From Lama glama (lineage: Eukaryota), in NCBI GenBank assembly GCA_028534125.1, contig CM052816.1, positions 62,622,001 to 62,686,000 on the forward strand: a DNA stretch of 64,000 nucleotides, written 5' to 3'. Shown here piece after piece: positions 39,391-52,559 of the stretch (position 1 is its first letter; every line of letters starts with the position of its first letter). The position numbers were made by a program, and so were the translations under genes. Under the pieces are notes generated by a model. The model saw only the letters and a program-made list of their open reading frames with translations, was not told where the DNA came from and did not search any database.

Positions 39391-39990
39391 TTATTTATAC
39401 TGAATTGTAAAAAATCCCTCAAATATTATATTTTAACTTTTATCAGTAATCTCTGTTGTTTTATAAGGGTTTGCTATAGGTTGAATTATATCTCCCCCAA
39501 ATTCATACGCTGAAGCCCTTAACCTCCAGTACGACTGGAGAATTTGGAAAGAGGGCCTGTAAGAAGGTAACACAGATTAAATGAGGTTATAAGGTGGAGC
39601 CCTAATCCAACAGGGCTGGTGCCTTTATACAAAGAGGAAGAGATACCAAATTTCTCTCTCTGAGAGGTGGTAAGAGGGTGGTAATCTGCAGTGAGAGGGT
39701 GGTAATCTGCAGTCCAAGAAGAGACCTCTCACTGGCCCTGCTGGCAACTTGATCTTGAACTTCAATCTCCAGAACAGTGAGAAATAAATTTTGGTTATTC
39801 AAGCCACCCAGCCTGTGGTATGGCATGTTGTTATGGCAACCCAAACAGACTAGTGTAACTGTCATCCATCTCTGTCTCCTTCTTCTCCACAAATTGGATT
39901 TTAAGGAGGGGTGATAAAATATTCTTTCTTTCATCACAGAAAATGTTCTTTTCTTTTTATGACAGAGATAGCTGTGCTGTTTTAAAAATC
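39391..39990 (-). pseudogene. Exon remnant interrupted by an MLT1 LTR
   Basis: Phase-2 frame IFKTAQLSLS*KEKNIFCDERKNILSPLLKIQFVEKKETEMDDSYT, then the LTR, then NPYKTTEITDKS..; ends AA|gtgaga; internal frameshift needed. Confidence 0.5.
39472..39852 (+). mobile_element. MaLR LTR (MLT1A/B-like)
   Basis: tgctataggttgaattatatctcccccaaattcat...gagaaataaatt...gttgttatggcaacccaaacagacta. Confidence 0.85.
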
Positions 39991-40416
39991 CTTTTTGTGA
40001 CATAGATTAAAAAATATTTTAAAAAGAAGAAAAAGTAACTTATTCCCCTTCAAATTTTGTGATTAATTCATGAAATCCCACTATCAACATAAGATTAAAC
40101 AAGTGTAAAGAGCTTTCTGGATTTCCATGTGGGAGAATTGGAGTTTATTTTTCAATGATATATTAATTAGGTATTACAGCATTATAGGGTATAGAAAACC
40201 TAATTTAAAATCTTGTCATATTTTTCAAGTCTTACATCTTGACATTATGCTCTTACTTAGATTTATATAAAATTGGTCTCTGGGAATGGTACTGAAAGCC
40301 TTTTATTAAAATTTGGATCCCAGGAAGACTTCTAGCTAAGAAAGTCTTCACATTCTGTGAACTCATTTGCCTGTAGAGGTTTTAGTTGACTTTAAGCTCA
40401 GTATATGTCAACCAGG

Positions 40417-40720
40417 CTGAAAAGTAAATGCCCATGAGAATGAGAAGACAAATCGCAGACTGGGAGAAAATGTTTATAAAAGACATACTTGACAAAAGTT
40501 CTATTATCTAAAACATACAAAGAACTTTTAAAACTCAACAATAAGAAAACAAACAACTTGATTGAAAAATGGACCAAAGAACTTAACAGATACCTCACCA
40601 AAGAAGATAGAGTGATGTCAAATAGGCATATGAAAAGATGTCCCACATCATGTCATCAGGGAAATACAGGTAAAAATAACAGTGAGATATCACTGCATAC
40701 CTATTAGAATGGCCAAAACA
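40417..40720 (+). mobile_element. L1 ORF2 fragment
   Basis: [34 protein letters not shown]. Confidence 0.9.
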
Positions 40721-41278
40721 TCAGTAATATGATTAATCTGTCATCCTCTTAAATAAATACCCTCCCTACAGATTAGTGCAAGTGTAGGGAGAACACTGGA
40801 TTAGAAATCAGGAGACTTAGATTTTTAGCCCTATTCGTTTTAAAATTTACCTCGCTGACTTTGGGCCGGCTTTGGGATATCACTTGTCAAGAGAGAAAAT
40901 TGGACTAGATGACATTAATTACTTCTTTCAGTGCTAATGCTCTATGATGCTGTCATATTATAGATAACTTCTGGTAGACTGATTAATGCCTACCAAGTGA
41001 AAACTGGCCGTTACTCATTTAAGAAGTTAACGTTGAGTATAAATCTAAATACTGATTTTTTCATCCTCTCATTTTCTACTACCCAATCCCAACTGCTTCC
41101 TTTCCTAAATGTTTCAGAAAAGACACACTTATGACATGTGTGTATGTCTTCTAAAGTAAGTTAAATATTACCCAAATTTAGGCATCAAAGGACTAATGCT
41201 CACATTGCTAATCATCATGTCACTTACTAAAACAAGCTATGTTTGAAATCATTAATGACCCATGTCTTATAAACATAC

Positions 41279-41419
41279 TTTGAGATCACGCACTGTGATT
41301 TCGTTAAGTGGTTGCTCTCTGGGTTGATTAAATTTGGGAGTGGAGCTGACGTCACCCTGAGCCAGATTTCATCCACATGTAAACTTGCTTCAGAAGCCCA
41401 ATTTTATGATACCCTCAAC
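41279..41419 (-). pseudogene. Best-preserved exon remnant (LRVS*NWASEASLHVDEIWLRVTSAPLPNLINPESNHLTKSQCVIS)
   Basis: cttAG acceptor; AA|gtatgt donor (141 nt) or in-frame gtaagt at 41227 (192 nt); one stop; in phase with both neighbours. Confidence 0.6.
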
Positions 41420-43149
41420 CTAAGTTTTTAAGTGTAAATATCAAGTGTTACACAACATATGGTCAATATTTCTCTAATTAGAACTTAGGCCTTTATATTT
41501 TGACAGTAAAATGCCAAGAAATATATTGAAGGCAGTAATATTATTTCAGGAGTCCAACATGGCATTTTAAAGCACAGGGAGATACTTTCCTAGAGTCTAA
41601 TTTAATAAGACATGGTTGAGCAGATGGAGCATAAAAAGACAAGTTGTGCTCTAGTTTATTTTCTAAGCAGTGCTAGTTTCTCATGAACTAATCATTCCAT
41701 TGGGCTTTGGGAAAACATCAGAAAATCAGAACTGTAAGAGAAGGTGACAGTAAATTAAGCATATTGCAAAACATTACAAGTAAAGTGACATTTAAAATCA
41801 TGAGGTCTCTTAAGGAACTACTAATTTTGTTAATCAACATGATATGGCTTTAGAAAGTAAATTATGCTTAAATGAGGCTTTGATGTGACTCTAATCCTTT
41901 AAATTGCTCCCAGAGCATGTCCACACTGATGACAGAATTATGAAAATTTTGCTGGATGTTGTGTAATCTAAAAGTTTAATGTCAGAAAGAGAAAGACAAA
42001 AATTCCCAAGCTAAGCTATTATGTATTGAATGATGTATAAATGAAAGGACCCCAAAGCCTCTGCATGCAGCTCTAAAGTCAGGAGTCAAGCACACATTTT
42101 CTCTGCAGTTGGGTAAGAAATTTTCCTTTTCTCTCTACTATCTATCTCATCATAAGTGTTAGACATGTAAGGGCTACATGCTGAGGTTTAGGAGGAAAGA
42201 TAAAAACTGAGTGGAGAGGAGAAGTAGCATACTGGGGGATAGAAGAAGCTGGAGGGGCCAGATCTCCCTTCTGGGAGGTGTCCTGCATAACCCCAGGACT
42301 AAAAGATGGTCCCAGTGACTTATCTCTTTGTTGCTGCCACTTTTAGTCTTGGGCACCAAGATATTGTGAGACAGTGTCCAGTGGATTAAAATATGTATAA
42401 TTGGAGTCCCCAAAAGGGAATGAGGCATAAAAGTATTTAAAGAAATGACTAAAAACTTTCCAAATCTGATGAAAAGTACAGATTCTGTTTTCTCCCACAA
42501 ATGAACTGAATCAGAATTTATTGGGTAGGTCTATATCTCTGATTAAAAAAAAAAGAAAATGAACCACTGGAGATAGATGAGTGAAGCAGGAAAATGAGGA
42601 GTGTCTTTGAAGGAAACCTGTAACTCTGAGCTGAAAGAGAGGAGTGATCTGAATCCCGAGGGTTTACCATCTTAGAGTAGATTATCCTGATTTTGTGCTC
42701 AACACATACACACAGACACACAAACATGCCCTGTTGTGAATTAATTCCAATAAGTAAAATTTAATTAAATCTTTGAAGAAAAAGTGAAGTTTCCCTCAAA
42801 AATCCCATACAAGGTCTAGATGGGCCCTTCTCCTCTTTGTCTCATGGCCTCAAGCTGTAGTGGAGTGGATGGACTGTATTAATGTGGATGAATAATTAAC
42901 ACTATTATAATTAATAATGAAATGGTCTCAGGGGAAGACATGCAAATTTCAGATAAGCAGGTTGTAGAGTTACTCACTTTAGCATGAGCAAACTGAAATG
43001 ATACAGCGGGGTGACTGTGCAAATACAACAGTACCCGTTTGTCTAACAGGGAAAGGAAGAATAGAGAACACAGGTAGAGTACCTGGTTGAAGATAAAATA
43101 CAATCTAAGGACAAAATAAAATTTGTCATTTACATATTGCATTATAAAG

Positions 43150-43900
43150 AAATTAACAAGAGGACAAATTTGATAAATCAATAGATTGAAGTCTAAGATG
43201 TAAAACACCAAAATAAAATCTAAAGAGAATTTATAAAATTGAGGGGAAAAAAATCCTTTGGTACAAATTCCAATATTACAGAACTAAAGATATGAATTAG
43301 AAATAGTATGCAACAAAACAAACTGCATTAAAATTGAACTGAATTATTTCAAGGAAGAAAGTCTTAATATAATTACCATGAACACATAAGAAATAAAGAG
43401 ATCAAAACAATAGGACAGACATACTATACATGACAGAGAAAGAACACAGATATGGGAAAAAATTGTTTTGCTAAATTATGGAACATATTAATAATAATAT
43501 TAAAATATAATAGAAAATAAAATTTCTTAAATAAAATAGAAAATAAATTCCTTCATAACTGAATATGAAGATTGAAAAGCACATCTAGTTAAAATGTTAC
43601 AGAATAATCAATAACAAGACATGCCTTAGTTAAATTATTGAGATTTAAAGAAAAATACTTCATTCTTTAAGCACCATAGTAGAGAGTGAAAGTCACCTTC
43701 TGTAATGAAAAAATAGCTTATTGTATCATTGTCCTCAGCAATAGGCAAATGAGCTAACAAAGTTTGGAGAAAAGAGAGAACCAAAAATATTTTAGCTGGC
43801 CAAGTTGATTTTTATTTGTTAGGTAAATGGGCTAGCATTCTCAAATAAAAAAGCAAGCAAATTCTTTCAGAGACTATCTTGGCAGCTCCTTACATTAGTG
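43150..43900 (+). mobile_element. Highly diverged L1 (ORF1-region) fragment
   Basis: A-rich; 'agattgaaaagcacat...aagacatgccttagttaaattattgagatttaaaga' resembles L1 ORF1. Confidence 0.5.
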
Positions 43901-44204
43901 AAAACAATACAAAATTATAAACAGAGCTGATACACTGTATGTCAAAATTTAAAGGATCATGCCTAAATATATATATATATTTAACATATGTAATTAAATG
44001 TAATGTATAATTATTAATATTTTATATATTTAATATATGTTATATATATTTTAGGTATAATCTTATATAAAACAAGCTAGAAACTATAAAATGAAATATA
44101 TTCTCTCCTCCTACCTTGATAAATATACTCCTCAGCTGTCGGTTTAAATTAGGAATTTTTTAACTCCTTAGAGTAACAAAATACAACATGGTTGTACAGC
44201 AAAA

Positions 44205-44618
44205 GCCAGCCCTAACGGCCCAACGACCCTTGTAAATGGTACCGTGAGGGGCCCCATTTGTATATGTACGGATATCTTAGAGCACATGTACAAGTTCTCT
44301 CCGTACTTTCACAAAAACACCCCCCATCTCTGGGCCACCCTTTAGTCTAGGTGTAGTGGCCTGGCCCTCTTTCAGGAGAACAGACCTGGGAAGATGTGTG
44401 TATCTTTGAAAACAGGCTCAAGGGTGTTTGGACAGAGAACGCTGGACTCCCAGGTACCCCAGTTGTGATCTAGAATAGACACAAGCATAAAGTCCTGGAC
44501 CTGTAAACCTTTTGTTCCTTGGGGAAAGACATGAGTTGGGATCAGCTACTTCAAGCTCCTTGAAAGTACAGGGCTTGGGTCAGGAGCACCTCTTGCCCTG
44601 GTCTAAGTGTAGTACTGG
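44205..44618 (-). mobile_element. hAT-Tip100 element (MER115-like)
   Basis: Reverse strand begins cagtactacacttagaccagggcaagaggtgctcctg. Confidence 0.5.
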
Positions 44619-46001
44619 TGGCCAAAGCACCCATGAGTTATTCTTGAAGAAACTACTGAGGATGAAATCCTGCCAATCAAAAAATAAATAGGGAAAACAC
44701 TAAAGGATTAAACCCGCTTTCAATTCCAAAAGATGATGGAGGAATGCCTGCAGCATTTGGCAATAAAGGGACTCAGCCAATTAACCTTTTTCCCTTCAAC
44801 ATCTTTTTTTATCTAGTATAAAAGGCAACAGACTGGTCTTTTCAAGCACATACAAATTCATAGAATACAGGAATTAAGGGTCTTTATTTTAAAAAATAAA
44901 TGATTAAATCCATTCAACCAATAAATGAAAAACAGAAGTGTGGTAAAAGGCCTAGTGGTTATCGTTGTATCCATTTAAGATAGAAAATTAGACTAAATAA
45001 CTGATGGAATTATGGCTATAGAACAGAAGATAAATAGTATAAACCCTGTAATACAAAAAATTATGTAACCAAAATTAGGGGGTGGGGAGTGAAGAGTGAA
45101 GAGTACTAATTTCCTCATTTTAAAAAAGTAGAGTCAATTTTTCTGCCTAAAATTGAAACATGTTATTTTAAAAAAAATCATAAGTCTAGATATTTAATGT
45201 TGCTTCATGTCTGTTTCTTACTCATAAAAAAAGTTAAGAAATTATATACTGAAATGAAGAAACATGTATTTAACGTTCAGCAGTTTCTTTAGCTCCCCTT
45301 AGGTTTCTTCTCTGTTAAATGAAAAAAAATCTAATACTTTCTTTTAAAAAGTAGCATATATAAATTGATCAACTTTTATAAAATTACTTTTGTCTTTTGA
45401 TTATTTTGTCGGTCTATCAATCAATCATCTACCTTCTTACTTACCTACTGATATGTTTACTTATCCATATTTCTGTCTACCAACTTCTTTATCCATCTAT
45501 CTGTCCATTCCTTGATCTGCCCATCTTCATCAAGAGATGCCTAGAATGATAATCATTTAATATAAATTATGCAGTGTTATTTCAATTGTTTCATTAATTT
45601 CTTGATTTCATTATAACGTAACAACCATGTATAAGTTTCACAGAACAATGAAATTGTTCTTTGAGGTAGCTAGGTTTGCAAACCACCGATGCAGAATATT
45701 TTGGATGAGAAAATTCTCAGTGGAAGTTTTTTGCAGAGGCAGAGGCCAAAGGAAGGGAAAGAATAACAATGAAGAAAGAATAGGATCATTGATCTAATTG
45801 TCAAGAGCCTATGTCAAACTGAAGGCTAGACTTAACCGTCCTATTGATATCCACCTACAGATCAATCAGATATCCCAAGTCTGCTTAGAATTTCAAGTGA
45901 GTCTCAAGAATTGGAGTTTAAGTGGAATATTACCTGCTGGTCTTTATGTTTAGCCAGCAATCTTGCATGGGAAGGAAAACAGGATTCAAATGCCAACTTA
46001 C

Positions 46002-46050
46002 AACACCCTCATATTTCTTATTCTCTCCATTTGAGTTTGGATGCTGAAAT
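46002..46050 (-). pseudogene. Exon remnant, 49 nt (FSIQTQMERIRNMRV)
   Basis: ctctgtgtccactgtAG / TT|gtaagt. Confidence 0.6.
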
Positions 46051-46849
46051 CTACAGTGGACACAGAGATGGTGAAAACATTAACCTGTGAGATTTCTAAA
46101 GAATGCAACAGGGAGTGCATCACCCCATGGGAATCTCTGTAAGGCCCTTTATATTGTAGGGTAATGGCTCTAAGATCCGCCATGCAATTAGTTCTTTTTT
46201 TCACTCGGTAAAGAACAAACTGAGAATAGAGACATCAGGGGAAATGCAGGAAAGCCAAAGGTCCTGAAACACATGGGGAGAGTCAGCAGGCTTCTGGCTG
46301 ACAGGGAATTACAGAAAGCAAGAGACCAAAAAAAGACTTGGAATGATAGAAGCAGAAAAAGAAGAGAATTAAGCCAGGGACCTTTGGGTTTAAATCTGCA
46401 AGGAATGAGACTGCCAAAATAAGTTGGACTGAGAATTTCAAATGACATCTCTATTCTTTAGATAAGTGCATCTGGCAGCTCCATTTTTGAAACTAAATTT
46501 TAGTTTCAGAAGATGTGGGGGTTTTTATAAGACATACTAGATCCTACCATGTGAAGTTGTAGTTTTCAGCAGTCTTACGGAGTGCAGCCTGACAGTGACT
46601 TTACAGTCCCTGCTGATTTTCCCTAGGGTCAGATAGATTTGGGTTTGAGTTGTGCCCAGTCACATTCTCATTGTGTGAACACTGGGCAAGCTTCCTCTGC
46701 AGATTCACTTTTCTCATCCAGAAAGTAGGAATAATATTCTAGGGACGTAGCAAAGATTAAACGAGTTGATATTTATTAAGTATTTATCCCAGGAAGCATT
46801 CAACAGCAGATCTTATTACATTTATTATCATTAAATACATCTTTGTGTC

Positions 46850-47325
46850 ACTGCTCCCTTCTTAAATTCTTTCTCTCTTGTTCCATTGCCCTGAGATAAA
46901 GTCAGACTCCTTGACATGTCTTACAAAGCCCTTCTGGCTTTTGCTTATTTTGCCAGACTTCCATAAAAAACTAGAAATACTTTTCACAGTCTTGTCAAAG
47001 AGAAGTTCTTCCAATCCACAGTGAGCCACTGTTTGCTCTCATCTCCTTGGCCTAGAACACTAGTCCTCAATCTCATCTTTCTCCATCCTACTCATAGGTG
47101 CCATTTCCTCCTGGAAATTTTTAGACAGTCCCTATACTGGGTTCTAGAACCACAGAGCTCCCACGGGGCACTGTGTTTTGTCCCTCAGTTCACTTACCAG
47201 TCTTAATTATAATTCTTTGTTTCACCGTCTCTTTCTCTCTCTCTCTGAGAGCAGCTTATTCTCCATTACCTCTCACAACTGAAGATAACATTGGGCATCT
47301 TTTAGGAGCTTAATCATTCTCTGCC
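46850..47325 (+). mobile_element. L2 fragment (MIR just upstream, about 46620-46830)
   Basis: 'tcactgctcccttcttaaa...ccattgccctgagataaagtcagactccttgacatg'. Confidence 0.6.
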
Positions 47326-47351
47326 AATGCTGTCACATCTTAGAAACTTAC

Positions 47352-47409
47352 ATTATGGCAAATGCAATTTTTTTCTATTTTCCAATGTACTATTTCCTTT
47401 AGACACAAC
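47352..47409 (-). pseudogene. Exon remnant, 58 nt (VVSKGNSTLENRKKLHLP*)
   Basis: catctgtAG / AT|gtaagt. Confidence 0.6.
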
Positions 47410-47614
47410 CTACAGATGTATGGACTGGCTGACAGGAGAAAAAATTCCTGCATCACTACCAGGCATATATAGAAGACTTAGTCCATGTAAATAATTAATT
47501 ATTAAACACAATGGATGTTAGTTAATCCCAACATTGTCTTTGTTTAGATTTATTTGTAATTTAAAAGGGCAATGAACATTTAACATAAAGTCATGAATCC
47601 TAAAGAAATGTTCT

Positions 47615-47778
47615 GACAGGGAACTATATTCAGTATCCTGTAATAAACCATAATGGAAAAGGATATGAAAAAAAAATATATATGTGAGAAACTAATTCAC
47701 TATCCTGTATATCAGAAACTAACACAACATAGTAAATCAACTATTCTTCAATAAAAAATTTTTAAAAAGAAAAGAAAA
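47615..47778 (+). mobile_element. Short L1 3' tail
   Basis: acagggaactatattcagtatcctgtaataaacc...ttcaataaaaaa. Confidence 0.85.
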
Positions 47779-47935
47779 TGTCTGATCAAGACTGCAAAAT
47801 GTTATTTACCAGATATTCACGGTAACCAGGAAAAAAGGAGGAACTCAGTTCTTATTGTAATGATATTTTAATCAATGTTACAGAATATTGTTAATATTTC
47901 CTTTCAAGTTGTTGTTTTCAAATTATTTGATTTAC

Positions 47936-47976
47936 CTTATTTTTCTTTATATAAATAAGACCTTGATTTACTCCAG
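47936..47976 (-). pseudogene. Exon remnant, 41 nt (GVNQGLIYIKKNK)
   Basis: cttcctcttttttgcttctactcAG / AAG|gtaaat. Confidence 0.65.
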
Positions 47977-48084
47977 CTGAGTAGAAGCAAAAAAGAGGAA
48001 GCTGTATGGATTAAAAATGAACACTTTTGCTCCAGGGCAGTGTGAAACCTTCAATTTGGAAAGAAGTTTAAAGAAGAAACACAC

Positions 48085-48308
48085 TATCATTTTCCTTCAC
48101 ATGGCACCCAATACTCTTAATGCACCTGTACTCTGGTCAACAAATATGTGGTGGTATTTTCCCTCTGTAAGCAATTCAATGGTATCATTTGTGTGTTCTG
48201 TAAATTTAGTTCAGTTCCTATACTGTCTATCTAGAGATACTGCCAGATCCCTCAGGTTAAGGGTTCAGTCCCACAAGACTACCTCCGTTTCAAATGCCAG
48301 TTGCAGTT
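48085..48308. mobile_element. MER21-like LTR fragment
   Basis: cagatccctcaggttaagggttcagtcccacaagact...caaatgccagttgcag. Confidence 0.6.
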
Positions 48309-48319
48309 TCTTTTAACAC

Positions 48320-49840
48320 TGTCTGATAGTTTTTGGTGTACAGATCTTTCACTTCCTTGAGTAAATTTATTTCTAATTATTTTATTGTTTTTGACATTAT
48401 TATAAATGGAATTGATTTCTTTATTACGTTTGCAGATGATGCATTGTTAGCAAATAAAAATGCTACTAATTTTTTGCATGTTGATTTTGTATCCTGCAAC
48501 TTAATTTGTTGATAGATCTAATAAGTTTTTTGTGAAATCTGTAGGATTTTCTGCACATAAAATCATGTCATCTGCAAATAGAGACAATTTTACTTCTTCC
48601 TTTCCAATTCTGGTCTCTTCTGTTTCTTTTCCTTGCCTTATTGCTCTGACTAGGACTTCCAGTACTGTGTTGAGTGGGAGTGGTGAGAGTGGGCACACTT
48701 GTGTCGTTTGTAACCTTAGAAGAAAAATATTCAGTCTTTCACCAATAAGTGTGACATTAATTGTGGGCTTGCTTGTCATATATGGCCTTTATTGTGTTGA
48801 GGTACATTCTTTCTATACCCTATTTGTTGAGAGTTTTTACCATAAATGGATGTGAAATTTTGTCAAATGCTTTTTTTTACATCAATTGAAATTTGATTTC
48901 AATTTACAATATAAATTTTATTGTTCATTCTACTAATATGATATATCATGCTTATTGATTTGTGTATGTGGAACCATCCTGTGCCCAGGAATGAATACCA
49001 TTTGTTCATAGTATATGATCATATACACTGTTTAATTTGATTTTCTGGTATTTTGTTGAAAATTGTGCATCTATATCTATCAGGGATGTTGTCCTGTAAT
49101 TTTCTTTTCCTGTAGATCCTTACTCAGCTTTAGTATCAAAAGAAATGCTGGCCTTTTGAAATGAGTTTGGGAGTATTACCTCCTCTTCAATTTGTGAATT
49201 TTCTAGTTGTTGTTTTGTTATCAGTTTCTAGTTTTAATAAATTATGGTTAGAAAAAAATGCACATATGATTTCTAACTTCTTAAATTTGCTAAGACTTGC
49301 TTTGTGGCCTAATATGACCTGAATCAAGAAGAACTGTGCAGAGTTCCCTGGCCAAATGGGACCCCTGGATTGGCTCTGCAAATGGGCAGAGCCACTGGCT
49401 GGGATCTCTATTTGGCACTGCTGGACGAGGAACTCAGTCTGCACATATCTGTGCACTGATTGCTATAAGCCCCACCCCCTTTTCTATCCCAATTTGATCC
49501 AGTAGTCAAGCCTTACAGATTCCCTCCTAATCCTCATGGGGCAAGACCCGAATGGGACTCCCAGAAAGAGACCCACAATGCTGGGGGAACTGAATGTTCA
49601 TCTTGGGCTCTCATTTTCCCACTGGAGAAGTCATGGACCCTGGGAGAGAGGGCCCACTTCCTCCAGCACTATGCCAGTCTGGGGGAGGGGCAATTGAGTT
49701 AGAATGTAGCTGTTCCTCTTATTCTTCTAATGCAGTCCTTCTCATCTGTGGTCCAGAGGGGTGCTTCAGCCTCACTGCCCTGTACTGGGATTTTCATAGT
49801 GGTGTCTTGTCTATGGATAGTTGCTGGTTGGATGTTTGCT
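48320..49840 (-). mobile_element. Internally deleted L1 (RT, EN and 5'UTR-like pieces)
   Basis: CPLSPLPLNTVLEVLVRAIRQ..VKLSLFADDMIL; ILGHKASLSKFKKLEII; GC-richer 5'UTR-like block 49330-49840. Confidence 0.85.
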
Positions 49841-49849
49841 TGCTTGCTT

Positions 49850-50298
49850 GCTTTCTTCTTTACGTCAATGTACATATATTCGTTTTCATACTCCTTTTCA
49901 CCATAAGCTACTACAAGGTATCAAATAAACTTCCCTGTGCTATACAGTATAAACTTGTTTATCTATTTTATATATACCAGTCAGCATCTGCAAATCTCAA
50001 ACTCCCAATTTATCCCTTTCCACCCCCTTCCCCCGGTAACCATAAGTTTGTTTTCTATGTCTGTGGGTTGGTTTCTATTTTGTAAATAAGTTCATTTGTC
50101 TTTTTTTTTTCTTTTAGATTCCACATGTGAGTGATATCATATGGTATTTTTCTTTCTCTTTCTGGTTTACTTCACTTAGAATGACATTCTCCAGGGCCAT
50201 CCATGTTGCTGCAAATGGCATTATTTTTACTGGCTGAGTAGTATTCCATTGTATAAATATACCACAACTTCTTTACCCAGTCATCTGTGGATGGACAT
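49850..50298 (-). mobile_element. L1 3' end
   Basis: Antisense 3'UTR and ORF2 tail 'ccatccatgttgctgcaaatggc'. Confidence 0.9.
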
Positions 50299-51786
50299 TA
50301 GAAGAAAGGTTTTAATCAAGGTTCTGTCATCTACTTTCTCTGTAACCTTGGACTTAGCTGTCTAGGTTCTTTCCTGCAAAGTGAGGGGCCTGGAGTCTAT
50401 GATCACTTAGGACATTTTTTATATGAGTGATTTCATTGTATAAGGAGGTCTTGGAGCTCTCAGAGCTCATAAATAATAGAAAGAAAGCTTAATTTCTGTG
50501 TTAGGCTTCTTATTGCAGGATATGGTGCATTTAAGAAATTTTTCAGCAGAAATGAAGAAAAACTACTTAGATTAACTCCTAGATCCAAGTTTTGTTGACT
50601 AGAATTTATATGCCTGGTTAGAAATTTGAATAGCATTTTCCTGTGCAGTTTTAGATTATAAAATGGGCACTGGATTTGTAATTTACAAATATATACATAC
50701 TTTTCTTTATTTTTTGAAATTACTTAATATCTATTCATCTATCTATTATCTATTTATATGTATGTGGGTATGTATAAACAAATATACATGAAAATATTAT
50801 TTTAATATTACAATGCAACTCCTGTTTAGGTAAAAAGTTTAGCTTTTCTGGAAATCACATTGCTCCTCTTGATGGGAAAAAAGGGAACTTTGTTTATTTT
50901 TAGTGATCTTGTTAGTAAAAGTATGAGCATTTGTAGTTTTTGCAAATCAACCAGATTTGAGAAGCAGGTCTTAAATTTGAGGAATAGAGTGAGTACTAAC
51001 ACTGAAGTCACTGAAAATCATAAGTTCTAGACTATCCAAGAAAGTTTGAGAAACAGACAGTTTTGTCCCATTGATTTCTTTGTGATGCCAAAGAGCTGTT
51101 AGGAGAGAGAGGACAACATGATGTTAAGAAGGAAGCTATAGTCTGATTCTGCTTGCTAAGGGGATAAAGGAGAAAGATATTTTACTTGTTGGGAGGTAAA
51201 CAGAGTTAAGAACAATTCTGAAAGCTGGAAGCTACACAATCTAATTTTGAACTAGAGACAGAAAAGCATCTCTAAAGCCATTATGAGTGTTATCCATCCA
51301 TATAGTAAAAATTAGTAAGTAGCCTATATAGAGGAGGAATTGGAGATAAAAAGACAAAAAGTCCCAGACCTCAAGGGGTTTAGGAGTTGGAGGACAAAGA
51401 CAGTAAATAGACAAGGACATAAAGTGTAATAGATGCTGCAATAAAATCACATTTAGGGAAAAAGGAAGAGCCTCAATAGTTTAAAAGCCCAGTCAGCAGT
51501 ACTTTGTAAAGCACCCTGGCGATTTTAGTATTCTGCCAAAGGTAAGCACAACTGGATAAAAAGACATTTAAGAGATGTATCCAGTGTTTATTTGCTCCAG
51601 AGTAGTAGGAAAAAGAGCAACTCATTTCTGATTGGCATGATAATTTTTATTGACTTCAGTGGACAGATTTGTAATTCTTTTTTTCTTGATTTATGAAGAT
51701 AATGGTTTTTCCTATAATTTGTCTTAAGGATTCTAGTTGTCTCAAATGGTTTTTAACTATCATAAATCTGTCTAAAATTATCTTAC

Positions 51787-51961
51787 CAAAGTCTGTGCCG
51801 TATGTGTCCATGCATGTGTAAGATCAGGTGTATGAAATGATCATCCAGTAAGGGGATAAATGAGCTAACATAGTACAATTAGAATAATAAGCCTCTATGG
51901 CTTTCTAAAGTGATATGGCAATGCCGTAAACTCTTCATGACTGTAAACAATCAGGTATCTC
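51787..51961 (-). pseudogene. Exon remnant, 175 nt
   Basis: ctgttccttgttAG / TTG|gtaaga; frame DT*LFTVMKSLRHCHITLESHRGLLF*LYYVSSFIPLLDDHF... Confidence 0.55.
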
Positions 51962-52075
51962 CTAACAAGGAACAGATTAAAAATTAAACCTGAAAATTGA
52001 AAACAGCTCATCAAAACGATACATAACTGAGAGCACTGTAAAAATGAAAACACAGATAAACTAAGGTTTAGTTAC

Positions 52076-52449
52076 TTTAAAGGATGTTGGCCGGGGATTG
52101 ACCACTCAAAGCTTTAGAAGATGATTCATTAGACTGTTCTGCCTGGTAAACTTCTGTTTCACCTCATAGACAGCCACTGTGATTTTCCTCCAAAGTTGTT
52201 GTTATCTTTCCCTTTTCATGAACCTGTCCTCAGAGTTACAAGTGTTTTCTCTCATCTGCTCTGTAGCAGGTAAGACAGATGCTGCAAGTGATTGAGTCTC
52301 GGGCTTGTTACCCTTTCTCGCTACTATCAGCTGTGTAACATTTTGTCCTTTCTCTAATTAGCTCCAATCAATGTATTCGTGTCCCAAATTATTAGTCTCT
52401 TCTATGAATACTTTCCTCTATCCATATCTTGAAACCGAGGTTAAGCATG
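52076..52449 (-). pseudogene. Exon remnant, 374 nt
   Basis: Long pyrimidine tract then gatAG; AAA|gtaact donor; pieces KGNKPETQSLAASVLPATEQMRENTCNSED and ETEVYQAEQSNESSSKALSGQSPANIL in different frames. Confidence 0.5.
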
Positions 52450-52559
52450 CTATCAGTACAATAGGAAATTAAAAGAGAAAAAACAATAAATATAAAAGCT
52501 GTTTGAAGTTTCAGCCCATCATTCAAGGAGATCAGGATTCCTCTGAAAAAGAGAATGAC

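Noticed and set aside
49594..50085. 163-aa ORF
   Set aside because: Chance frame across two antisense L1 pieces
41279..51790. Resemblance of fossil-gene pieces to SENP6 (DxIxxx...LTK) and SENP5 (FINxExxNY)
   Set aside because: Short matches recalled from memory; the SENP5-like piece lies in a predicted intron, and no Ulp1/C48 catalytic motifs were found in downstream exons
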